From a virus, in IMG/VR virus record IMGVR_UViG_3300045988_075135: 57,983 nt of DNA. One strand, 5' to 3'. The position numbers and the translations under genes are program-made. The notes beneath the pieces were generated by a model. It saw nothing but the letters and a program-made list of their open reading frames with translations, ran no database searches and was not told the DNA's origin. Each line of letters opens with the position of its first letter. The stretch's first letter is position 1. Shown one piece after another: positions 48,982-57,826 of this stretch.

Positions 48982-49626
48982 TTGTCAATAAAGGTGTTGG
49001 AGCTGTTCGCTGGTACGCGAAGCATTTCTAAAGCCTTTGAAAAGCGAGGGCATGAAGTGTTTTCGATTGACTGGTGTAAGGACTACGAAAACATCAGCCT
49101 TTATACCGACGTACTAAAGCTGACGGCGAACGATGTGCTGAGGCTGTTCGGCAGACCCGATGTTATATGGGCGTCGCCGGACTGCACTACATTCAGCATC
49201 GCCGCCATAAGCCATCACCGAAGAAAAAACATAGCAACCGGCAGTCTTGACCCGGTAAGCGAATATGCCAAATACTGCGATCTGGTTGACCGGCATATGC
49301 TGGACTTGATTCAAGAGCTGCATCCTATATTCTGGTTTATCGAGAACCCGCGAGGCGGGCTGCGCAAAATGGAATGGATGCAAGGATTGCCGCGGTACAC
49401 CGTCACCTACTGCCAATACGGCGACACGCGGATGAAACCGACGGACATCTGGACAAACCATCCGAACCCGCGTTTCAAACCGCCTTGCAAAAACGGAGAT
49501 TCGTGCCACGTAAGAGCGCCGAGGGGCGCAAAAACCGGCACGCAAGGGCTAAAAGGAAGCAGAGAGCGAAGCGTTATCCCACCGGCTCTTTGCGACCACA
49601 TCGCCGATATATGCGAAAACCCATGA
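48982..49626 (+). CDS. Compact DNA (cytosine-5)-methyltransferase-like protein (214 aa)
   Basis: Motif I LELFAGTRS. Motif IV-like WASPDCTTFS (Asp before the Cys instead of Pro). Motif VI ENPRGG. TTG start. Confidence 0.65.
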   Translation: MSIKVLELFAGTRSISKAFEKRGHEVFSIDWCKDYENISLYTDVLKLTANDVLRLFGRPDVIWASPDCTTFSIAAISHHRRKNIATGSLDPVSEYAKYCDLVDRHMLDLIQELHPIFWFIENPRGGLRKMEWMQGLPRYTVTYCQYGDTRMKPTDIWTNHPNPRFKPPCKNGDSCHVRAPRGAKTGTQGLKGSRERSVIPPALCDHIADICENP

Positions 49627-49647
49627 GACATTAAGGAGGGGCAAAAC

Positions 49648-50454
49648 ATGGAGCTGAAGGTCAATCCGGTAACGCTGCCGGAACCGATAACATTTAACTA
49701 CGCGGAGCTTAAAGCCGCGCTGACCGAGAAGGTTGAGCACTACGCCAATCTGGTTTACACCGACGAGCAGATTGCCGTGGCCAAGGCCGATCGGGCGAAT
49801 CTGAATCGCCTTAAGAAGGCGTTGAACGACGAACGCCTGCGCCGTGAGAAGGAATACATGGCACCGTTCATGCAATTCAAGGCGCAGGTCGCCGAGATGA
49901 TAGCACTCATCGACAAGCCCGCGGCCATGATTGACAAACAGGTAAAGGAGTTCGAGCAGCAGCAGAAGGCCAAGAAGCTGGAGGCGATAACGGCTTACTG
50001 GGACAGCATCGAGCATCCGGAAGGCGTCAAGCTAATTCGGATTATGTCCGATAAGTGGCTCAACGCTTCGGTCTCCATAAAGAGCATACAGGAGGCCATT
50101 AACGAACGGCTGGAACAGATAAACACCGACCTCGCTGCGGTGCGCGCATTGCCCGCCTACGCTTTTGAAGCAGAGCAAACATATATCAACACCCTCGACC
50201 TTGCCCAAGCCGTCAACGAGGCGCACAGGCTGGCAGAGCTGGCCGAGCGCAAGGCGGCCTATGAAGCCGAACGAGCCAAGCGCCGCGAGGAAGCTGCGGC
50301 AATTAAACCGGCTGAGGCCTCCCCCATTCCCGCGGCTGTGGAAGCGGAGCCGTCCCGCGAGTGGATAGGTTTTCAGGCGCTTCTAACTGTGGACGAGGCG
50401 CGGGCGCTGGGCGCTTACTTCAAGGCGCACGGCATTCAGTACAAGGCCATCTAA
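49648..50454 (+). CDS. DUF1351-like protein (recombination-module accessory)
   Basis: 268 aa. ITFNYAELKAALTEKVEHYANLVYTDEQIAVAKADRANLNRLKKALNDERLRREKEY. Adjacent to RecT. Confidence 0.65.
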   Translation: MELKVNPVTLPEPITFNYAELKAALTEKVEHYANLVYTDEQIAVAKADRANLNRLKKALNDERLRREKEYMAPFMQFKAQVAEMIALIDKPAAMIDKQVKEFEQQQKAKKLEAITAYWDSIEHPEGVKLIRIMSDKWLNASVSIKSIQEAINERLEQINTDLAAVRALPAYAFEAEQTYINTLDLAQAVNEAHRLAELAERKAAYEAERAKRREEAAAIKPAEASPIPAAVEAEPSREWIGFQALLTVDEARALGAYFKAHGIQYKAI

Positions 50455-50465
50455 GGAGGTTGCGG

Positions 50466-50555
50466 ATGAATACCGCGGTACAGATTACGATTGTCATTTG
50501 CGCGACGATTCTCGCGCTCGCAATTATCGGAAATTTCGGAAATAAGAAAGGATGA
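50466..50555 (+). CDS. Small membrane peptide (29 aa)
   Basis: TAAGGAGG SD. MNTAVQITIVICATILALAIIGNFGNKKG. The stop overlaps the recT ATG. Confidence 0.45.
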   Translation: MNTAVQITIVICATILALAIIGNFGNKKG

Positions 50556-51322
50556 ATTTTATGGTTCAGAACAGATTGGCAAAACCCGCGCAGCAGACCG
50601 CGACTGACATGGTTGAATACGAAAGCGACGGTCAGAGAGTAAAACTCAGCCCGGCGATGATACGCAAGTACCTCGTAAGCGGCAACGGTGCCGTGTCCGA
50701 CCAAGAAGTGATGATGTTTTTGAGTTTATGTAAGTTTCAGAAACTCAACCCGTTCCTGAAGGAAGCCTACCTTATCAAGTACGGCAGCCAGCCTGCGACC
50801 ATCGTAACCGGCAAGGAAGCCTTCATGAAGCGGGCGCTGCGCAATCCTAACTACGCGGGCTATGAGGCCGGCGTGGTGGTCATGGACAACCAGACCGGCA
50901 ACATGGAGAACCGCGTCGGCACGATTGTACTGCCGGAGGTCGAAACGCTGCTCGGCGGCTGGGCTACGGTGTACGTAAAGGGCTGGGAACACCCGCTGAC
51001 CGTTACGGTTGCCTTCGACGAGTACTGCCTACGGAAAGACGGCAAGCCCGCTTCTAACTGGGCAATTAAGCCCGCCACGATGATTCGCAAGGTAGCATTG
51101 GTGCAGGCGCTCCGCGAGGCCTTCCCCGCCGATCTGGGCGGCATGTACACGGCTGAGGAGACCGGCGATGCGATTGCCAGCGACATACCGATTGACATAA
51201 CGCCGGACGATGCAGAACCCGCTCAGGCCGCGGAAACGGTCGAGCCGCAGGTGATTGACGCACCGCCTGCCACTTCCACTAAACCGGCGAGCAGCGCCCG
51301 CGACGCGCTGTTCGGCAATTAA
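50552..51322 (+). CDS. recT: RecT/Bet-family single-strand annealing protein
   Basis: VMMFLSLCKFQKLNPFLKEAYLIKYGSQPATIVTGKEAFMKRA. Alternative ATG at 50561. Confidence 0.85.
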   Translation: MNFMVQNRLAKPAQQTATDMVEYESDGQRVKLSPAMIRKYLVSGNGAVSDQEVMMFLSLCKFQKLNPFLKEAYLIKYGSQPATIVTGKEAFMKRALRNPNYAGYEAGVVVMDNQTGNMENRVGTIVLPEVETLLGGWATVYVKGWEHPLTVTVAFDEYCLRKDGKPASNWAIKPATMIRKVALVQALREAFPADLGGMYTAEETGDAIASDIPIDITPDDAEPAQAAETVEPQVIDAPPATSTKPASSARDALFGN

Positions 51323-51333
51323 GGAGTGACGAC

Positions 51334-51645
51334 ATGGACATCCCTAAAGCAGTAGACATACCCGTGGGGCGCGAAAACGCCATTACACGCGAGCAGCTAA
51401 AGCGCACATGGAATTGTTCAGACCGGCTCATGCGGCGCTATATAGCTGATTTACGGGCGCAGGATGATGGAGACGATTACGTTATCGTCTCCTACTCCTC
51501 CGGCAAAGGGTACTACCGCACCGACAACCCTGACGAGATAAGGCACTTCATTAACGAGCAGAGCAAGAGGGCACGGAACACCTTCCGACCGCTGGCCAAG
51601 GCTCGGCGGGTGCTCAAGCGGCTGGAAGTGAACACCAATGGCTGA
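51334..51645 (+). CDS. Hypothetical early protein
   Basis: 103-aa track ORF. No family recognised. Confidence 0.55.
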   Translation: MDIPKAVDIPVGRENAITREQLKRTWNCSDRLMRRYIADLRAQDDGDDYVIVSYSSGKGYYRTDNPDEIRHFINEQSKRARNTFRPLAKARRVLKRLEVNTNG

Positions 51646-52429
51646 TGCTAAAAAGTACTATTACATGCGGCTCAACGAGGCCTACTTTGAAAGCGACGAG
51701 CAAGTGCTGCTGGAGGCTATGCCGGACGGCTACCTTTACTCCAACATATTGCTCAAGCTCTACCTCAAGTCGCTCAAACGAGACGGGCTGCTGATGTTTA
51801 ACGACCGAATCCCCTACAACGCCCAGATGATTGCGCAGATAACGCGGCATCAGGTGGGCACGGTCGAAAAGGCGCTGGACATATTCCAGCAGCTCGGAAT
51901 CGTGGAAATTATGGACAGCGGCGCGATATACATGCTGGACGTGCAGAATTTCGTAGGCAAGACCACAACCGAGGCCGACCGCATCCGGGCGTATCGGGCC
52001 AGAATTGAGACCGAGAAAAAGGCACTGGAGGCCTCCCGTACAAATGTACAGGATGTTCCGTACATTTGTACACCAGAGAAAGAGATAGAGAAAAAGTTAG
52101 AGAGAAAGAAAGAGAGAGAGATAGACGCCCACTCCGCTCCCGCTTCGGGGAAATCCCCCCGCCATAAATACGGGCAGTATGAAAACGTACTGCTGAGCGA
52201 CGAGGACATGGGCAAGCTCAAAGCGGAGTTCCCCGCAGACTGGGAGCAACGTATAGAACGGCTCTCAGAGTATATGGCAAGTAAAGGCACGAAATACAAG
52301 AACCACTTGGCTACGATACGAGCTTGGGCTAAGAAGGATAAAGATAAGGAGGCGAAAGCAGGTGGAACGAATGGCGGCACTGCTGGAGGGTATGCAGAAG
52401 GCGACCCCCGGCTTGGAACATGGATTTGA
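51638..52429 (+). CDS. Phage replisome organiser (N-terminal domain) / DnaD-like
   Basis: KKYYYMRLNEAYFESDEQVLLEAMPDGYLYSNILLKLYLKSLKRDGLLMFNDRIPYNAQMIAQIT. Confidence 0.75.
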   Translation: MADAKKYYYMRLNEAYFESDEQVLLEAMPDGYLYSNILLKLYLKSLKRDGLLMFNDRIPYNAQMIAQITRHQVGTVEKALDIFQQLGIVEIMDSGAIYMLDVQNFVGKTTTEADRIRAYRARIETEKKALEASRTNVQDVPYICTPEKEIEKKLERKKEREIDAHSAPASGKSPRHKYGQYENVLLSDEDMGKLKAEFPADWEQRIERLSEYMASKGTKYKNHLATIRAWAKKDKDKEAKAGGTNGGTAGGYAEGDPRLGTWI

Positions 52430-53240
52430 GGCGTTAAGCCCCAAAGAATACGAGCAGCGCAAGGTTGATATGTACAATGCGTCTGTGGGCGAACTGGACA
52501 AGGAGGACGGCTACACCTGCGAGGCGTGCCACAATAAGGGTTCCGTCGCCGTACTGATTTACAACGAGATGTACGGTTACTGGGCGGAAGCGCTCCGGCC
52601 ATGCAAGTGCCAGAAGGTGCGCAGCGCCATACGCAGACTTGAGCGCTCCGGGCTCAAGGACGCCGTGAAGAAATACTCGTTTGAGATGTATGAGGCAAAA
52701 GAGCCGTGGCAGGCGGGCATGAAAGAGGCGGCAGTTCGGTTCTGCTCCGACCCTGAACGCCGGTGGTTCTTCATCGGCGGCCAGAGCGGAGCCGGAAAGA
52801 CCCACCTCTGCACGGCCATTGCGGTTCAGCTTCTAAGGCAGGGGCAGGCGGTGCGCTACATGCTGTGGCGGGATGAGATAACCTTCCTCAAAGCTCAGAT
52901 CACCGATGCAGAGGTGTACGAGACGGCGATTAAGGAGCTAAAGGAAACCGACGTGCTTTACATAGACGACCTGTTCAAGACCGGCAAGGACGAGCTGGGC
53001 CGCCCGAAGGCACCGACTGCGGCGGACGTCAACGCCGCCTTTGAGATACTCAACTACCGCTACAATAACCCATCGCTTACCACGATAATCAGCACAGAGC
53101 GCACGATAAGCGAGCTGGCCGACATAGACGAGGCCATTGCGGGGCGCATCGCGGAACTATCCAAGCGCGGCGGGTACTGCATCAACATCAAGCACGACAG
53201 CACGCGCAACTACCGTCTGAACGGGATAACTGAGCTATGA
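52362..53240 (+). CDS. DnaC/IstB-like AAA+ helicase loader
   Basis: Walker A GGQSGAGKTHL and Walker B VLYIDDL. The start is uncertain (68-nt overlap with the upstream gene). Confidence 0.8.
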   Translation: MERMAALLEGMQKATPGLEHGFEALSPKEYEQRKVDMYNASVGELDKEDGYTCEACHNKGSVAVLIYNEMYGYWAEALRPCKCQKVRSAIRRLERSGLKDAVKKYSFEMYEAKEPWQAGMKEAAVRFCSDPERRWFFIGGQSGAGKTHLCTAIAVQLLRQGQAVRYMLWRDEITFLKAQITDAEVYETAIKELKETDVLYIDDLFKTGKDELGRPKAPTAADVNAAFEILNYRYNNPSLTTIISTERTISELADIDEAIAGRIAELSKRGGYCINIKHDSTRNYRLNGITEL

Positions 53241-53632
53241 GGGGGCGTAATATGGCACTGGAAGTGCGCACTGAGAGTGCGGAACAGCGGGCGCTATTTG
53301 AGTGGGCTGCACTGCGCGAGGGCAAATGGCCGGAGTTAAGCCTGCTCCACCACATACCAAACGGCGGGAGCCGCAACAAGGCCGAGGCGGCGCGGCTGAA
53401 GCTGGAGGGCGTCAAGGCGGGTATACCGGACATACACCTGCCCGTCGCCCGCGGGCCTTACCACTCGCTTTACATCGAAATGAAGCGCGTCAAAGGCGGC
53501 AGGGTTTCCCCGGCGCAGAAAGTAATCATGCGCAAGGCGGAGGCATACGGCAACAAGTGCGTCGTGTGCCGAGGGTTCGACGAGGCCGTGAAGGCGATAA
53601 CGGATTACATGGAGCTGGAGGCGAAGGCATGA
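53237..53632 (+). CDS. VRR-NUC domain nuclease
   Basis: GIPDIHLP...LYIEMKRVKGGRVSPAQK (PD...ExK). Alternative ATG at 53252 with a better SD. Confidence 0.8.
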   Translation: MRGRNMALEVRTESAEQRALFEWAALREGKWPELSLLHHIPNGGSRNKAEAARLKLEGVKAGIPDIHLPVARGPYHSLYIEMKRVKGGRVSPAQKVIMRKAEAYGNKCVVCRGFDEAVKAITDYMELEAKA

Positions 53633-53829
53633 GCATTGATTACCGAAACTCCGAGCACTATGCCGATCCGACGGCGCACCGCGCGATTACACAGGCACGC
53701 AGTGAGGAACCGGATTATCGCGCGAGCGTGCTGATAAGCAAGCTAAAGAAAGAGATTGACCGCGCGGGGTTTGAGCTGCTCGCGCGCATTGAGATACGAG
53801 ACAGGACAAGCGGACGGGATTACCGATAA
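53629..53829 (+). CDS. Hypothetical protein (66 aa)
   Basis: ATGA coupling to the VRR-NUC stop. MSIDYRNSEHYADPTAHRAITQARSEE.... Confidence 0.5.
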   Translation: MSIDYRNSEHYADPTAHRAITQARSEEPDYRASVLISKLKKEIDRAGFELLARIEIRDRTSGRDYR

Positions 53830-53840
53830 GGAGAGCGGAA

Positions 53841-54179
53841 ATGATTAACGTTGTATTTTTCGCGGCGGGACTGGCCGCTGGCGTCGGCCTCATGGTGTAT
53901 TCAAACGTCTGCACGCGCAACGCGGTTGACGCCGAGAGGCAGCGCGGCGAGAAGCGGCTTACCAACGAGGTGCACTATTCCGACCGGCTGCTGAACGCGG
54001 CGCGCGAGGCCGAGCGCCAGCGGGAGGACTACCGCGAGCGGCTTGCCCACGAGCGCGGCTACCGCGACGGCTACGAGGCCGGACGCCATTCCCCCGCCGC
54101 GGCTGCCGAGCGGTTCGCGCAGAGCTTTGAAGGGCGCGGCGGTGAAGTAAAGTTCATCAATCGTACCAAGCAGGGCTAA
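53841..54179 (+). CDS. Membrane-anchored hypothetical protein
   Basis: N-terminal TM segment MINVVFFAAGLAAGVGLMVYS followed by a charged region. Confidence 0.55.
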   Translation: MINVVFFAAGLAAGVGLMVYSNVCTRNAVDAERQRGEKRLTNEVHYSDRLLNAAREAERQREDYRERLAHERGYRDGYEAGRHSPAAAAERFAQSFEGRGGEVKFINRTKQG

Positions 54180-54205
54180 CCAAACGGGATAAGGAGGATG
54201 GAGCC

Positions 54206-54694
54206 ATGAGTTATCTGGAAGAACAGCTCGACATCAAGGAGGGAGAACCGCATTACAAGGCGGCAATGTACGTAAAGGAACACGGTTTAACACTGCTGGA
54301 TTTCGACTGCTGGGCGCACTTGGAGGATTTGCTCGGCATTGAGATAAGCTACGAGAACTACTGCAAGGCTGACAGCACTATTGTAGGCGATCTGCTGGAA
54401 GTAGAACGCGGCGACGAAGACTACCTTTGCATCCTGCAAGCTCTGATAGGCGAACAGCCACAGCGCCCCACCATCTTCACGGTGGCGATTAAAAACCTTG
54501 AGTGCGATGAGGCGGATATTTGGATAAGCTCCTTCTCCACGCGCGAGGCAGCGGAAGCCTTCAAACAGGAAGCGAAGCGCAAGCTGGCCGTGTACAACGT
54601 CACGACGGCTCAAGTCTGTCTCGATTCCGGCTATCTGGACAACGATATGTACCTGAGCTGGCTGGACGACCGATACGGGGACGATGATTTGTGA
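54206..54694 (+). CDS. Hypothetical acidic protein
   Basis: 162-aa track ORF with an AAGGAGGA SD. No family recognised. Confidence 0.55.
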   Translation: MSYLEEQLDIKEGEPHYKAAMYVKEHGLTLLDFDCWAHLEDLLGIEISYENYCKADSTIVGDLLEVERGDEDYLCILQALIGEQPQRPTIFTVAIKNLECDEADIWISSFSTREAAEAFKQEAKRKLAVYNVTTAQVCLDSGYLDNDMYLSWLDDRYGDDDL

Positions 54695-54725
54695 AAAAGG
54701 AATACAATAGACTGGCGAGGCGCTT

Positions 54726-55604
54726 ATGAGTACAACGAGTAAAAAGGCCTTTGCGGCAGGGTTCAACCAGCTCTGCCGCACCCGCCAGCGCGGGAGTGCA
54801 TGGGCGGATTTGGTTCAGGTAATTGCCTGCTCAATAGCCAACGCGGTTGATAAGCGGTTTTTCGACGAGCGGGAAGCGCAGTATATGCGGATTATCGGCC
54901 AGTACAGCAAGGATGAGCAGCAGCTTTTCCCGGAGCTGTTCAACCTGATAATTGAGAGCATGGACGAGAACCCAGACCAAGATTTCCTTGGCGAGATGTA
55001 CATGACTTTGGAGTTGGGAAACGGCAACGCTGGGCAATTCTTCACGCCCTACGATATATGCCGCTGCATGTCTGAAGCCACAATCGATGGCCGTCGCGCG
55101 CGGGAGATGGTTGACAAGCAAGGGTACATCAGCATAAACGACCCGGCATGTGGCGCAGGTGCCACGCTTGTCTCCGCTGCCAATACACTCAGGCGTCTGG
55201 ACATCAACTACCAGACTTCTGCCTTGTTTGTTGGGCAGGACTTGGACGGCACCGTCGCGATGATGTGCTACATACAGCTATCATTACTGGGCTGCCCGGG
55301 GTACGTTCACGTTGGCGATACACTTACCGACCCGATGACCGGCTCGACGTTATTCGGCGACGGCAAACCCTCAACATGGTGCACGCCGATGTTCTTCCGC
55401 GATGTATGGGAGCACCGCCGCGCTATTGCCATGCTTGAGCACATGCTGGGCAAGCCCATACAGGCCGCTCCTGCGGCGGCAGCAATGGAACCTATGGAGT
55501 ACAAGGCCGAGCCTGAAAAGCTCGTCAGCGCGGCTCCTACGGCGGCAAAGCAGGGAAAGAGGCGGCAATCCAAACCGGAGCAGTTATCCATCTTCGACTT
55601 GTAA
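54726..55604 (+). CDS. N6-adenine DNA-methylase-like protein with a degenerate catalytic motif
   Basis: HsdM-like GQFFTPYDI, motif I NDPACGAGATL and an acidic VGQDLD. At the position where NPPF/Y is expected, the sequence is TPMF (55383-55394). Confidence 0.6.
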   Translation: MSTTSKKAFAAGFNQLCRTRQRGSAWADLVQVIACSIANAVDKRFFDEREAQYMRIIGQYSKDEQQLFPELFNLIIESMDENPDQDFLGEMYMTLELGNGNAGQFFTPYDICRCMSEATIDGRRAREMVDKQGYISINDPACGAGATLVSAANTLRRLDINYQTSALFVGQDLDGTVAMMCYIQLSLLGCPGYVHVGDTLTDPMTGSTLFGDGKPSTWCTPMFFRDVWEHRRAIAMLEHMLGKPIQAAPAAAAMEPMEYKAEPEKLVSAAPTAAKQGKRRQSKPEQLSIFDL

Positions 55605-55618
55605 AAGGAGGGCACAGC

Positions 55619-55753
55619 ATGACACCACGGGAAGCATGTATTAAATTCTGCCGCTCCTCGGCCACTATGGCCGAGGTTGCGCGGGAGTACGGCACGGACG
55701 AGGAGACTATGCGCGATATTATAGGTGCAGCGTGTGCGGAATTAGTTACATGA
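55619..55753 (+). CDS. Small HTH-like ORF (44 aa)
   Basis: AAAAGGAGGG SD. MTPREACIKFCRSSATMAEVAREYGTDEETMRDIIGAACAELVT. Confidence 0.45.
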   Translation: MTPREACIKFCRSSATMAEVAREYGTDEETMRDIIGAACAELVT

Positions 55754-55868
55754 ATCCCGAATTTACGAAAGGCGACAAATGGAGTTTTTACCCGAACTGC
55801 GGGGCGAAGATGGACGGGTAACACTGCTGGGAATGATGGTGGACGAACTGTTGATAAGGAGGCAGAAC

Positions 55869-56255
55869 ATGTTTGGCAAGAAAATCGGGATAATCCTTTC
55901 TTTGGTGAGCGTTATGTTGTTACTTGCAGCGTGCTCAGAGGCAGACAAGGTTGACAGCAATCTCAGCAAGCAAGCTGACTATTTCGAGTGCGAGCGCCGC
56001 ATAACGGTCTACAACGCTCGCACGGATAAGGTCATACTGGAGGCCGAAGGCTACATGAGCATATCCAATAATTCCGACAACGAGCTGGTCGTAATGGTCA
56101 AGACCGGGCCTGCAACATATAAAAAGAACTACATATATCTCAACGACTATACGCTGTACGTAGTGGAGGACATCACCGGCACGCATACAGACCCTTATCA
56201 CTACAAGATATACTTCCATACCGACGTACTGCCGGATGTGGAAATGAGACCGTAA
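55869..56255 (+). CDS. Lipoprotein, unknown function
   Basis: ATG follows TAAGGAGG. Lipobox MFGKKIGIILSLVSVMLLLAAC. Confidence 0.7.
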   Translation: MFGKKIGIILSLVSVMLLLAACSEADKVDSNLSKQADYFECERRITVYNARTDKVILEAEGYMSISNNSDNELVVMVKTGPATYKKNYIYLNDYTLYVVEDITGTHTDPYHYKIYFHTDVLPDVEMRP

Positions 56256-56277
56256 AGTGCGAGGAGGTTGAGCACCG

Positions 56278-56487
56278 ATGAAACCTAAACCCTCACCCGC
56301 CCCACGCGACACGCCCACCCGCACGACCTGCGCCGACTGCCGGTGGGCACGCTGGCCTTACGTATGGTATGCGGAAACCGGGGAGTGCGAGATCAATCGC
56401 CGGACATATATCACGCGCGAGATGGAGATATGCAATTTGTTCAAAAGGATTGAACAGCGATGCGGAGGTAATAGAAATGGGAAGTAA
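56278..56487 (+). CDS. Small Cys-containing hypothetical protein
   Basis: 69 aa. TCADCRW...GECEI...EICN. Overlaps the DUF5131 start. Confidence 0.5.
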   Translation: MKPKPSPAPRDTPTRTTCADCRWARWPYVWYAETGECEINRRTYITREMEICNLFKRIEQRCGGNRNGK

Positions 56488-57289
56488 GACAAAAATTGAT
56501 TGGGCAGACAGCTCGTGGAATCCAGTTACCGGCTGCTTGCATGGCTGCGAATACTGCTATGCGCGGAGGATTGCAGAGCGGTTTGGCTCAAAGCAAAAGC
56601 CAGAATCTATCGAACGTTCAGTATTAAATGCCCCAATGCGTTGCACCGATCTCTATTCGTACATGCGTATGGCAGGGATCAGCCAGGGAAAGGTGCAGCC
56701 CTATCCTTTCGACTTTTCCCCGACCTTCCACCGCTATAAGCTGGATGAGCCGAAAAGCTGGAAGAAGTCGCGCAACGTTTTTGTTTGCAGCATGGCAGAC
56801 TTGTTCGGCGAGTGGGTGCCGGATGAGTGGATTCAGGAAGTTTTCAAGGCTTGCGATGCTGCACCGCAACACAGATATATTTTTCTGACTAAAAATCCAC
56901 ACCGCTACTATGACTTAATCGAAAAAGGCATACTCACCGAGCATGACAACTGGTGGCTCGGAAGTACGATTGATGGTGATAGCGCAAAAAAGAAGCGTTT
57001 TCAGGAGCGGGGATATAATTCTTTCGTAAGTATAGAACCGCTGCTTGAACCAATATACGTTGGGCTAGGCTCGTTTGGTAGTGACGAATGGGTGATTATA
57101 GGCGCTGAAACGGGCAACCGCAAAGGGAAAGTAGTGCCTGACCGCTCTTGGATAGACCTTATCGTAAGCGCGGCGAATATTACCAGGATGAAGGTGTTTA
57201 TGAAAGAATCCCTGCGCGAAATCATGGGTGACGACTTCCGGCAGGAACTTCCGTGGGAGGATGTGAAAGATGATGGCGACGGAAAATGA
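56477..57289 (+). CDS. Phage Gp37/Gp68 family protein (DUF5131; radical-SAM-like Cys motif)
   Basis: ATG follows GCGGAGG. KIDWADSSWNPVTGCLHGCEYCYARRIAERFG is the family's signature N-terminus. Confidence 0.85.
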   Translation: MGSKTKIDWADSSWNPVTGCLHGCEYCYARRIAERFGSKQKPESIERSVLNAPMRCTDLYSYMRMAGISQGKVQPYPFDFSPTFHRYKLDEPKSWKKSRNVFVCSMADLFGEWVPDEWIQEVFKACDAAPQHRYIFLTKNPHRYYDLIEKGILTEHDNWWLGSTIDGDSAKKKRFQERGYNSFVSIEPLLEPIYVGLGSFGSDEWVIIGAETGNRKGKVVPDRSWIDLIVSAANITRMKVFMKESLREIMGDDFRQELPWEDVKDDGDGK

Positions 57290-57821
57290 CGATCTGATTA
57301 GCCGAAAGGCGGCAATTAACAGGATAAAGGCGTACTGTAATGGTTGCGACAACGATAACGGGGTAAGGTGCAGTGCTTGCCAGATTGCCGATGCGATGGC
57401 CGCAGTAGATGAAGTCGAGGCAGCGTCGGTAAAGTACGACATGTGGACAGATGCCATGCGCCTGTTAAGGTGCTTCTCAGGCAGTTTCATCAACCAGAAT
57501 GGAGACTTTATCGCACTTTTGACGTCCAGTGCCACTTTCCGTCTCACCGATTGTGAAAGCGAGAATGACATTAAGTGCAAGGTGCTGGAATGGCTTTCAT
57601 ATGCGGCCACCAAAGGGCAGCCGTATAGAACCAATAAACTCAACCAGAGATTTCGGCAATTTGTGCAGAGCGGGATTAATCAATATCTTGAAACAGCATT
57701 TTCTCATGAAGATTTTGTCGAGATATACACCTACCTTGGGAACTGCTGCAATCATCAAAAAACGCTGCGCTTTATCGAATCTGGATTTGATATGGCTCTA
57801 CTACCTACAAGGGAAGTGTGA
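57270..57821 (+). CDS. Hypothetical protein (183 aa)
   Basis: Track ORF with an N-terminal CNGCDNDNGVRCSAC cluster. No family recognised. Confidence 0.55.
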   Translation: MMATENDDLISRKAAINRIKAYCNGCDNDNGVRCSACQIADAMAAVDEVEAASVKYDMWTDAMRLLRCFSGSFINQNGDFIALLTSSATFRLTDCESENDIKCKVLEWLSYAATKGQPYRTNKLNQRFRQFVQSGINQYLETAFSHEDFVEIYTYLGNCCNHQKTLRFIESGFDMALLPTREV

Positions 57822-57826
57822 AAGCA

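Noticed and set aside
47476-57289. A complete cytosine hypermodification pathway (TET/JBP-type or hydroxymethylase plus glycosyltransferase).
   Set aside because: I could not find any dioxygenase (HxD...H) or ThyA-like hydroxymethylase ORF. The MTase-like, radical SAM and GT-like genes are dispersed. The idea is kept only as an open question.
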